This document shows positions 53,716 through 64,000 of a DNA stretch of 64,000 nt, in pieces. Under the pieces are notes generated by a model. The model was not told the DNA's origin. It did not search any database and worked only from the letters and a program-made list of their open reading frames with translations. The position numbers were made by a program, and so were the translations under genes. This DNA is from Dictyostelium discoideum (lineage: Eukaryota), in assembly GCA_000004695.1 (NCBI GenBank), contig CM000152.2, positions 6,293,300 through 6,357,299 of the forward strand, written 5' to 3'. Each line of letters opens with the position of its first letter. The stretch's first letter is position 1.

Positions 53716-54782
53716 TATTTATATATATATATTATAATACTAATAATATGTTTTACTGTTATTTTTATTTTAAAAAAGATTTTGGTGTTAGTTCACAATT
53801 AGAAGATAGTTTAAGAGGTGAAGCATCTCAATTGGTTGGTACACCACTTTGGATGGCGCCAGAAATTATTAAACGTCAAAATTATAATAATAAATGTGAT
53901 ATTTGGTCATTAGGTATTACAGCTATTGAGATGGCAGAATCATTTCCACCATTATATACTATGCCACCAACTAGAGCAATGTTAATGATACCAAATAAAC
54001 CACCACCTACTCTTTCAAAACCACATCATTTCTCTAAAGAGTTGAATGATTTCATTGGACAATGTTGTCAAAAGGATCCAGAGAAAAGACCATCAGCAAT
54101 AGAATTATTAACTCATCCATTTTTAGTTCAAAATATATCAACTCCTCAAGAGGTATTAAAACCATTAATTGATGAATGTTTAAAAAAAAGTATTAAAAAA
54201 AAGAAACAATCTCCTAATAATGATCAACCACCACCACCTCAAACACCAAATAAATTATCACCACCCGATACTCCATTACCAAATGTACCAGTACTTGGTA
54301 AAAATCAAGGTTTATTAAATAAAAGTAATGGGATGAAAAAATCACATGGATCATCATTGGATGAAGCAGAATCAATGAACACATTCATTTTAAAGAGTAC
54401 CATTGGTAGTAGTAGTAATGGTAGTAATGATACAGGTGGTGATGATTTCGATTGTGGAACTATGATTTTAAAAGATGATACTTGTATTAATGGTAGTGGT
54501 AATGCTGATAAAATTTCAACCATTCCAGCTTTTATCGCTGCTTTAAATAAATCAAATGGAAAAGTTATAACACAGAATCAACAACAACAACAACAACAAC
54601 CAATAGCATCATCTTTACAACAATCAAATCCAATTGCTTCAATTGTTAATGAAAATCAATATCCAAATACAATTGAAAAAAGAGGTTTGTCTTCAATTAA
54701 TTCAAATAATAGTTTATTAATTGGAAATAGTGGTAATAATAAATCTCAAAATTTTAATAACTTTAATAATAATAATAATAAC

Positions 54783-54850
<68 letters not shown>

Positions 54851-55388
54851 ATTTTTAATAAATCAAATTAAAAAAGAATTAATTTTAGATTTTAATGAAA
54901 ATATGAAACAATATATAAATCAACAATTAACAAATTTAAAAGAAGAAATGTTAAAAGAAATTTCAAAGATTGTAATTGCAAATATACCACAAGCACCTAT
55001 TAAAACTTCACAATCTGTATTCAATCAACAATTATCTGCTGCTGCTATAATTCATCCAATTTCTTCATCATCATCATCATCATCATCTTTTTTAAATTCA
55101 TCTCCATCTTCTTCAAATTCATCTGCTACAATATTTAAAAAATTCCCAAATCCACCTCCAACCCCTGTATTAATAAATAAATTACCACCGTCTCAACAAT
55201 CTACACCTGTAACAACAACAACAACAACTTCATCACCATCACCATCACCATCTCCATCTCCATCTCCATCCCCATCATCACCTTTACCATCATCTTCAAC
55301 TTCAACTGTAAATACACCAAATAAACCACCAATTAATTATAGAAAATCAAAAGAATTAGATTCTACTATTAATATTTTTAATGGATTA

Positions 55389-55424
<36 letters not shown>

Positions 55425-56495
55425 AATAGTAACAATAATAATAATAATAACAATGTAATACAATCACCAAAATTAAACAATAGACCTTTATCACCAACCA
55501 CACCAACTAAACAATTTAATAATCGTCCACCTTCTCCTTCAAAGTTTAATAATCGTCCACCTTCTCCTTCAAAATTTAACAATCGTCCACCTTCTCCTTC
55601 AAATAGACCTTTATCACCAAAAAATTCCTACAACTCTTTAGAGAAATCCAATAATGGTAGTATTAGTAATAATAGACCTTTATCACCAAAAAATTCTTTA
55701 GAGAAATCCACTACTCAAAATAATACTAGTAGTGAAGACATAAGTACTACAACTGTTACAGTTACTAGTGAACAGGGTGGAACACCAATTACTACACCGA
55801 TGGCATTTTTACCAAGACCAAAACCATCACCACCACCTATTCCAATGAATAAATCTTCACCAAAGAGAGCACCATCACCATCTTCAAATAGAAGATTGTC
55901 CTCTTCATTTACTGCTCAATCATCAACAGCCTCCACTATCGCTGCTTTAGGTAAACAATCATCAATGTCCCCAAACTCTCCTCTCATTAAAGAAAGAGTT
56001 CCTCCACCACTTCCACCACCTAGAACTACTATTACTTCAAGCACAAATTCACCAATTAAACCTCTATCACCTTTAAATAAATCTCCAAATTCACCATATG
56101 TACCACCAAGAATAACCACTTCTAATATTAGTAATAATAGTAATATCAATAACAATAATAATAATAATAGTAATAGTAGTAGCAATGGCAGTGGTGGTAC
56201 ACCAATTACATTAAAAAGAGCATCAACTACAATATCACCAATAATGATAAGTAGTAACTCACCAAAAGTAATGGGTTCAAATGTTAATAAACCTCTTGCT
56301 TTATCAAGAAACTCAACTGAAATTAATTTACCTTCATCATCTCCTTCAACCCCTCAAAAACCAAATACACCTTCATCAATTCCAACAACTCCAACAACTC
56401 CAACAACAAATGGTGGTAGTGTTTCAAGTAAATCTTCAACTATTGGTCGAAAAACTGTTTTACAAGTAAAATCTATTTTTAGTCCAAAAAAATAA
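52845..56495 (+). CDS. STE20-family Ser/Thr protein kinase (MST/Hippo-like catalytic domain) of about 1180 aa, exons 52845..53667 and 53779..56495, with a long S/T/P/N-rich C-terminal tail.
   Basis: Kinase subdomains: 'LGTGSYGTVYKAIHKDTNFVLAIK', 'HRDIKAANILI', and 'DFG' split by the intron (donor GCT G|GTAAAT, acceptor AAAAAG|AT TTT GGT). Then 'GTPLWMAPEII', the STE20 signature, 'DIWSLGITAIEMAE' and 'HPF'. The domain is collinear with human MST1/2. The tail has PSPS and 'FNNRPPSPSK' repeats. Confidence 0.85.
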
Positions 56496-56910
56496 ATTAA
56501 AAATAAATAAAAAATATTTTTATTTTTAGTCCAAAAAAACAAATTAATTTATTAACACTTTAAAAAAAAAAAATGGAAAATGAAAATATTTTTTTTTTAA
56601 AACAATCATTTAATTTTATTTATTTCCAACATGGATTTACTTTATTTTTTTTATTTTATTTTATTTTTTTTTTATTTTTTTCAAATAAAAAAAATCTCCA
56701 CCAGGACCTCGTTAATATTTATTTCCAACATGGATTTAGTATATAAATATAACACACAAAAATACATAAAATGATTTTAAATAAAAAAAAAAAATAAAAA
56801 ATAATTATGATTTTTGAATTATTTATTATTATTTTTTTTACTTTTAACCTATAATTTTATTTTTAAAAAAAGAAAAAATTAATCAATTTATTATTGCACA
56901 AAAAATAAAA

Positions 56911-56977
56911 ATGAGATTAATATTGGTATTATTAGTTTTATTATATGTTTCTTTTTTAAATGTAGAGGTAAAGATAA

Positions 56978-57014
<37 letters not shown>

Positions 57015-58124
57015 TTTAAAAGAAATTTGTTTTTTTTTTTTTTAAATTTAAATCTTCCACATTTTTTTTAATTATTAATTTAATGATAATAATTTTAAAA
57101 AATAAACAAATAAAATAGACATGTTATTCAAAAATATTAGAAAATAAATATTATTTAAAATCAACTGAATGTAAAACTTTATCATGTGATGGAATTCAAT
57201 ATTTTATTGGTAGTAGTAATAGTTTTGAAATTGGTAGTACAATTACTATTTGTAATATTAATAATCAAGAACTTGCAAAAGAAAAACCAATTGGTAACCA
57301 ATATTCATCTATTGTGACTGATGTCATTCAAGCAGTTGCCAACTCTGTTCAAACTGCAATGAATAGTGCAGTTTCAACTTATTCTTCATTTAGTGGTAGT
57401 GGTGGTGATGATGATGGTGATGATGATGACGATGATAGTGGTTCTGGTTTATATAAAAGCTCAAGAGAATTATATAAAGGTGGTAATGGTAAGGTTGTTT
57501 CAGAAAAACCAATTATATCATTCGATAAAAAACATACTTCAATTGGATCAGATGTTCTTCAGGCAGTTTCCAACCCTGTACAATCTGCAATGAATGGTGC
57601 AGTTTCAACAATTGCTTCATTAAGTGGTGGTGGTTCAAGCGATGATGATGATGATGGTGCTTTTGTTAAAGGTGGTGATAGCGCTTCCTATAAAGGTGGA
57701 TATGGTAAATCAATATCTGATATTCTTGATTTAATTAGACCACCAAGAAATCATTATGCTAAATGTAATAAAATTCTAACTGTTGGTTTGTATGTAAATT
57801 AGCTATTATTAGTTTTTTATTATTTATTAATTTTTTATTTTTTATTTTTAATTTATATTTAAAATCAGAGGTGAAAAGGAAACTACTGATAGTTCTACTA
57901 TTGATGTATCTAAAAAAGTTTGTATTGATTTGTTTGGAATTGAAGAATTTAAATTAGAGGAACAAAGAATTATTTCAGCTGTTCAATCAACTAAAAATGA
58001 TTGCTTCCCAAATGAAGGTCAATTTTATGTCTCTAAAGAAGAATATAATACAATTATTAAACACAGTCAAATTTTAAGAAACCAATGTCACTTAAAAGGA
58101 AAATGTCAATTCACCAAAATTTAA
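56911..58124 (+). CDS. Secreted, Asp-rich, Cys-containing protein with an internal direct repeat. This is copy 1 of a tandem pair. Exons 56911..56967, 57119..57789 and 57869..58124.
   Basis: Exon 1 'MRLILVLLVLLYVSFLNVE' is a signal peptide ending at the donor |GTAAAG. Exon 2 (acceptor AAATAG|, phase 0) carries two copies of 'DV.QAV.N.VQ.AMN.AVST..S.SGGG..DDD.DDD' and ends at the donor TT|GTATGT. Exon 3 (acceptor ATCAG|) gives '..VCIDLFGIEEFKLEEQRIISAVQSTKNDCFPNEGQFYVSKEEYNTIIKHSQILRNQCHLKGKCQFTKI*'. The 'M' codons in the ORF track at 57314 and 57930 are GTG and TTG, not ATG. Confidence 0.6.
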
Positions 58125-58211
58125 TCAATGTGTTTACTTATTGAAAACTCAATGATAATAAAATTTTAAAAAATCAAAATTACCTAATTTTGCCATTAAA
58201 GTTTTATAGGT

Positions 58212-58261
<50 letters not shown>

Positions 58262-59056
58262 ACAATACTAATAATGTTCAACATTTGTTTTTTGAGTTGA
58301 TGGGATATTTTTGAAAAAAGATAGATTAAAATATCTTGTTATAACATTAAAATAATCTAATTTAATTATTAATGTTTATTCTATTGAAATTTAAAAAGGT
58401 TAATAATTTAAAATTTTATTTTAATTTTTAAGATTTCCCAGATACGACACAAGACTGCAGTAATAGTTCAACATAAAAAAAACATTAATATTTAAAGGTA
58501 TCATTTAAAATTACAAAAAATTGTGCAATTTCAAATTTTAATTTTATTTTTAATATTAAAAACAATATTAGTCAAAAAAAAACAAATTTATTTTACATTT
58601 AAGTTTTAAACTTTTAAAAAAAAATGGAAAATGAAAATATTTTTTTTAAACAATTATTTAATTTTATTTCTAAAATGGATTTAGTATATAACACAAAAAT
58701 AAATAAAATGAATGTAACCATCATGATTTTTGAATTATTTTTTTTTTCTTACTTTTAATCAAAAAAAAAATTGGTGGTAAATACAACAAAAAAGATATTT
58801 CATGAAAAAAAAAAAAAAAAAATTAAAAAAAAAAACAAAATGGTTTGAGTTCATAAAAATCCAATTTTTGGGTTTCGGTATTAAAGAAATCCTGGTAGAG
58901 ATTTTTTTTTTTGAAAAAAAATAAAATAAAATAAAAAAATAAAAAAATAAAAAAATAAAAAAAAAAAAAAGAAGGAATATTTTTTTTTTTTTTCTTTTCC
59001 ATTTAAAAAATATTTTTTTTTTTTATAAATAGAAAACAAATAGGCATAAAAAAAAA

Positions 59057-60298
59057 ATGAGATTAATATTGGTATTATTAGTTTTATTATATGTTTCTTT
59101 TTTAAATGTAGAGGTAAAGATAATAAAATAAAAAAAAAATAAAAAATTGTTTCAAAAAAGAAATTTGTTTTTTTTTTTAAATATTTTTAAATCTTCCACA
59201 TTTTTTTAATTATTAATTTAATGATAATAATTTTAAAAAACAAATTAATAATATAGACATGTTATTCAAAAACATTAGAAAATGAATATTATTTAAAATC
59301 AACTGAATGTAAAACTTTATCATGTGATGGAATTCAATATTTTATTGGTAGTAGTAATAGTTTTGAAGTTGGTAGTACAATTACTATTTGTAATATTAAT
59401 AATCAAGAACTTGCAAAAGAAAAACCAATTGGTAAAAAACATTCATCTATTGGGTCAGACGTCCTTCAAGCAGTTGCCAACTCTGTTCAATCTGCAATGA
59501 ATGGTGTAGTTTCATCTATTGGTTCATTAAGTGGTGGTAGTGGTGGTGATGATGATGGTGATGATGATGACGATGATAGTGGTTCTGGTTTATATAAAAG
59601 CTCAAGAGAATTATATAAAGGTGGTAATGGTAAAGTTGTTTCAGAAAAACCAATTGTATCATTCGATAAAAAACATACTTCAATTGGATCAGATGTTCTT
59701 CAAGCAGTTTCCAACTCTGTACAATCTGCAATGAATGGTGCAGTTTCAACAATTGCTTCATTAAGTGGTGGTGGTTCAAGCGATGATGATGATGATGGTG
59801 CTTTTGTTAAAGGTGGTGATAGCGCTTCCTATAAAGGTGGATATGGTAAATCAATCTCTGATATTCTTGATTTAATTAGACCACCAAGAAATCATTATGC
59901 TAAATGTATTAAAGTTTTAACTGTTAATTTGTATGTAAATTTATTATTATTAGTTTTTTATTATTTATTTATTATATTAATTTTTTATTTATCATTAATT
60001 TATTATTTTTTATTATTAATTTTGTTTTATTTTTAAAATCAGAGGTGAAAAGGAAATTATTGATAGTTCTACTATTGATGTATCCAAAAAAGTTTGTATT
60101 GATTTGTTTGGAATTGAAGAATGTAAATTAGAGGAACAAAGAATTATTTCAGCTGTTCAATCAACTAAAAATGATGGCTTCCCAAATGAAGGTCAATTTT
60201 ATGTCTCTAAAGAAGAATATAATACAATTATTAAACACGGTCAAATTTTAAGAAACCAATGTCACTTAAAAGGAAAATGTCAATTCACCAAAATTTAA
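59057..60298 (+). CDS. Copy 2 of the tandem secreted Asp-rich protein gene, exons 59057..59113, 59257..59930 and 60043..60298.
   Basis: The exon structure and splice sites are the same as in copy 1. The signal peptide and third exon are near-identical. The first half of exon 2 has diverged ('GKKHSSIGSDVLQAVANSVQSAMNGVVSSIGSLSGGSGG' versus 'GNQYSSIVTDVIQAVANSVQTAMNSAVSTYSSFSGSGG'). Confidence 0.6.
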
Positions 60299-60414
60299 TC
60301 AATGTGTTTACTTATTGAAAACTCAATGATAATAAATTTTTCAATAAACCAAAATTACCTAATTTTGCCATAAAAGTTTTATTGGTGTTTTTTTTTATTA
60401 TATTATAATAATAC

Positions 60415-60445
<31 letters not shown>

Positions 60446-61924
60446 ATATTCAACATTTGTTTTTTGAGTTGATGGGATATTTTTTAAAAAAAGATAGGCT
60501 AAAATATCTTATTTTAACATTAAAATAATCTATTTTAATTATTAATGTTTATTCTATTGAAATTTAAAAAGATTATTAATTTATATAAATATTTAAAATA
60601 AATAAAATAAAATAATTTAAAATTTTTTTTTTATTATTAAAAACCAAAATATTAAATTAATTTAAAGATTTCTCAGATACGACACAAGACTGCAATAGTT
60701 TCAAATGAAAAAAAACATTAGTATTTAAAAAAAAGAGGTTGAATATCAAAGTTAAATAAAAAAAGGTATCATATAAAAATATTGTACAATTTTAAAAAAA
60801 AAAAAAAAAATAATTTTTTTTTAAATTTTTAAGATTTCTTTGATGCAATACAAGACTAAAGAGGTTAATAGATTTTAGTATAAATAGTTTTAAAATGTTA
60901 AAAGAAAATTAGTTAAGAAAATAATAAATTAATTAGAAATTAATGAGAAATTAGAAAGAATTAAAGAAAATGCTATACATATAAAACTATAAAACCCTCT
61001 TTTAGAGATATATAAATAATAAAACTTCTTGTATTCGTCTCCTCATTGCTAAATTGTCTTCATTTATTTAAGAATAATTAATAAACATAGTTAAATAATA
61101 AATAAATAATATTATATATAGTATACAACAATACATTCTTTATTATACTTAATAACAACAATAATACCACTCTTAAATGATTCCTGGGAATGTTACAATT
61201 TTTTATATTAAAAACTATATTGTAATGGTTAATAATTATTGAGTTTACAGGACCAATCTTATTGAAAAATCTCTGCACCGCAAAATCATTCAAAAACCTC
61301 TTACCTACATTTAATTCAACCAAATTTTTATTGGCAATATCTTGACCCATCGTCTAAAGAAATAGTAAACTCCATTTCCATCAAAGATTTCATCCAAAAG
61401 TCCATTTGCATTTGGTTATTTTTTTTGTCATTCAATTGTTTACGAACATATATTCATTTGCTTGATGCCTTATTGGAATTCCTTGGAAATAATTATTGCT
61501 TATGATCCCAAGATAATAACAATAATAATATTAGTTATATTATTTTCATTGTTTAATAGTTTTTTTTCGTAATAGAGAATTTAAAAAAAAAGTATATATT
61601 AAAAAAATAAAATTAAAAAACTAAGCTTCAAGAATCAATGATTTTTTTTTTCTTTTTTTTTTTCTATTTTTTTTTCTATTTTTTTTCTATTATTTTTTTT
61701 ATTTTTTTTTGTAGTTTAAATTCACACAACACATAATTTTTAATTAATTTTAATTTTTTTATTTATTTTGTAGTTTGAAATTTGTTTATTTCAAAGAGTT
61801 CACAAAAGTGGTTGCTTTTTTGCTCTTAATTTAATTTTTTTATTTATTTTTAAATTATTATTTCAATTTTTTATATTATTTTTTTTTTCCTATTTTTTTT
61901 TTATATTTCTTTTGTTTAAATAAG

Positions 61925-62150
61925 TTAAAAAAAAAATGAATAACACCAAGATCACATGTCCCATGCCAAAATTAATATGGCTGCTGGAATTAATATGGTA
62001 ATTTTGGCATGGGACTTATGTCTGCTAGAATTACCATATTAATTTCAGCAGCCATATTAATTTTGGCATGCACAGACCAACTATTTTAGGCTGAAATTAA
62101 TATGGCTGCTGAAATTAATATGGTAATTTTGGGCATAGAAATATAAAAAA
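61925..62150. repeat. Palindromic repeat cluster with three copies in forward-reverse-forward order. The 45-nt unit is 'AAATTAATATGGCTGCTGRAATTAATATGGTAATTTTGGCATG' and is itself internally repetitive. A 19-nt 'AATAACACCAAGATCACAT' leader precedes the cluster.
   Basis: Copies lie at about 61947-61995 (forward), 62023-62070 (reverse complement) and 62092-62140 (forward). The leader motif also occurs at 51459-51480. Confidence 0.7.
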
Positions 62151-62535
62151 AAAAACTCAAAGTCATTTAATTAATAATAATCATCTCAAATATAAAAGAA
62201 TTAAAAATAATAATAAAAAAAACTCATGGGATTAATTATAGTAACAATACTGACGACAAGAATAATTATAAAATAAAAAAAAAAAAAAAAAAAAAATCTT
62301 TTTTTATCTTATTATTTTTATTTCTTATTTATTTTCATGTGTTCAAAAAAAGTGGTGGTTTAAAACAATTTATTTAATTTTAAACTGTATGATTGTTTAA
62401 ACAATTTCGAAATAAGTTTCTTTAAAGAAATTCTGTATTTCTTTTTTTTATTTTATTTTATTTCATTTCATTCTATTTTTTTTTTTTTATTTTTTTTATT
62501 TTTTTATTTTTTTATTTTTTTTTTGTATATTTAAG

Positions 62536-62537
<2 letters not shown>

Positions 62538-62632
<95 letters not shown>

Positions 62633-62634
62633 TA

Positions 62635-62678
<44 letters not shown>

Positions 62679-62688
62679 ATTACTATTA
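62538..62688. repeat. (ATT)n microsatellite of about 50 units with one interruption.
   Basis: Directly visible. Confidence 0.9.
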
Positions 62689-62975
62689 TTTAATTGACCG
62701 AAGGGATATCTTTTACTTTTTTTTTATATATAATTGTTCGAAACTTTAAAAAATAAAATAAAAAAAAAAAATTAAAAAAAAAAATTTAAAAAAAAGAAAT
62801 ATAAAAAAAAAAATATAAAAAAAAAAATTAAAAAAAAAAAGTATTTTTTTTTTTATTTTTTTATTTTTCTAAAGTTTTCGTTCCAAAAAATGGTCTTCAG
62901 TAAAGACAATAAATTAAATAATCAACTTTCTGCAACAGAAATTGAAAAAATAATAAAAATAAATTAAAAAAACTC

Positions 62976-63642
62976 TTGGAAAAATATGACGAAGATGTAA
63001 AATTTAAAATAGATTATAAATTTCATAATACCAAATTGAGTGGACAAAATATAAGCTATTGGAAAAACATTTTGGATAAACAGTATGTTGTTGAGAATGT
63101 AGAATATGGTACGGCAACTATTAAAGAAGTGTTTTATATTGATAAAGATAAAAAGAAAAAATTGGTACCCAAAAGACTTAGTGAAGATTATAGAGAAGGT
63201 TAGGCTTAACAAAGATGAAGATGGTGTCTCTCATATGATTAATCAAAACCAGTGTCAACAGCACATCAGTAATCATTATAAAGCAGATAATCATTCTGCT
63301 ATTATAAAGGCTTATTACAATACTGAGCCTACTTCTAGAATAGAGGCCACCAAACTCTCAAGTAAAAATAAATTGCAAAGGGATATCGAAATAACCAAAA
63401 GAAAATCAACAGATGACCTAGTTGGAAAAGCAATCGAGCACTCTACCACCGAAGTTAGATCAACACATGAAGCTGCAACAACTTCCAATAATGGTGGAAT
63501 CACAACTCAATCAAACAAAAACAAAACGGGTAAAAAAAGAGCTAATCAATTACAATCTGATGCTGATTTTTTCACCAAAAGATTTTCAAACGAAACTTCA
63601 TCTGTTAGTAACAAAAGAGTAAGTAGAAGAGTAGATAATTAA
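62976..63642 (+). other. Two overlapping hydrophilic ORFs, unassigned, in frames 0 and +1 next to the contig gap. They may be a frameshifted gene or a transposon-derived ORF.
   Basis: The GC content is moderately above the intergenic background. I recognise no domain. Too little sequence separates the two frames for an intron to explain the shift. Confidence 0.2.
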
Positions 63643-63900
63643 AAAAAAAAAATTAAAAAAAAAAAATTATTTTAATTTTTTTTTTTTTTTTTTTATTTTA
63701 TTTTTTTTTTTTATTTTTAATTTTTTTTTTTTGTTAGCCTTAGAAATAAATGAATAATAAAAAAATATATATCAACTAAAAAAAAAAGAAATGAAAATAA
63801 ATTATAAAATTAATAATAAAAATAAAAAGATAAAAATAAATAAAAGATATAAATAAAATAATATGAAAATTTTTTTTTTTTTTTTTATTATTATAATTAT

Positions 63901-64000
63901 NNNNNNNNNNNNNNNNNNNNNNNNNNNNNNNNNNNNNNNNNNNNNNNNNNNNNNNNNNNNNNNNNNNNNNNNNNNNNNNNNNNNNNNNNNNNNNNNNNNN
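63901..64000. other. Assembly gap (run of N).
   Basis: One hundred N characters. Confidence 1.

Larger units (their letters stand above)
56570..60700 (+). repeat. Tandem duplication with a unit of about 2.15 kb that covers promoter, gene and 3' flank. A third partial flank copy lies near 60830.
   Basis: Shared intergenic blocks recur: 'GGAAAATGAAAATATTTTTTTT..AAACAATCATTTAATTTTATTT', 'CAACATTTGTTTTTTGAGTTGATGGGATATTTTT..AAGATAG.TTAAAATATCTT' and 'AGATTTC.CAGATACGACACAAGACTGCA' at 56.57/58.62, 58.27/60.45 and 58.43/60.67 kb. 'ATTTCCAACATGGATTTA' is duplicated within unit 1. Confidence 0.7.

Overview
The window looks like nuclear chromosomal DNA from a dictyostelid social amoeba, most likely Dictyostelium discoideum. 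Evidence: roughly 75-80% AT, very long A/T homopolymer runs between genes, CAA- and AAT-encoded polyQ/polyN tracts inside ORFs, and short AT-rich GT..AG introns with GTAAGT/GTATGT donors. All calls are by eye from the sequence and the six-frame ORF track; no searches were run. The ORF track writes non-ATG starts (TTG/GTG) as 'M', so several listed starts are artefacts; the real start is an upstream exon in three cases and simply unknown at 38085.

I can support about 22 protein-coding genes. Many have one or two short introns that I placed by splice consensus, reading phase and homology. Recognisable housekeeping genes:
- translationally controlled tumour protein (TCTP), three exons, plus a second intronless diverged paralogue about 14 kb away
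- tRNA-splicing endonuclease Sen54
- the plasma-membrane P-type H+-ATPase (PAT2-like, 1058 aa once spliced)
- snRNP SmG
- a CFIm68/CPSF6-type RRM protein with a huge RD/HD/S-repeat tail
- a ZNHIT3-type zf-HIT protein
- sphingosine-1-phosphate lyase (sglA, 528 aa)
- an RPAP3-like TPR protein
- sedlin/TRAPPC2, three exons
- an MST/Hippo-like STE20 kinase
- a calponin-homology protein
- a Cys/Met-metabolism PLP enzyme
- a long coiled-coil protein

The most interesting region is 37.1-41.1 kb. Three intronless genes of bacterial type sit next to each other, flanked by ordinary eukaryotic genes. They are an L,D-transpeptidase-fold Tlde1/DUF2778-like protein with an intact H...SxGC catalytic motif, a HutD/Ves cupin, and an M20 ArgE/DapE-like metallopeptidase. 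I read this as a candidate horizontally acquired island.

Three relics of DNA transposons are present. One is an almost full-length piggyBac-type transposase broken only by two 1-nt frameshifts at A-runs. The second is a Harbinger/PIF (DDE_Tnp_4) transposase interrupted by microsatellite. The third is a pogo/Tigger-like DDE_1 fragment.

Other structure worth noting:
- a roughly 2.15-kb tandem duplication carrying two paralogous signal-peptide, Asp-rich, Cys-containing protein genes
- a forward-reverse-forward palindromic repeat cluster that shares a 19-nt motif with a GC-rich palindromic island 10 kb away
- a duplicated gene 3' end
- several homopolymer-associated frame disruptions

I found no tRNA or rRNA genes and no convincing ncRNA genes. 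The last 100 nt are an assembly gap.
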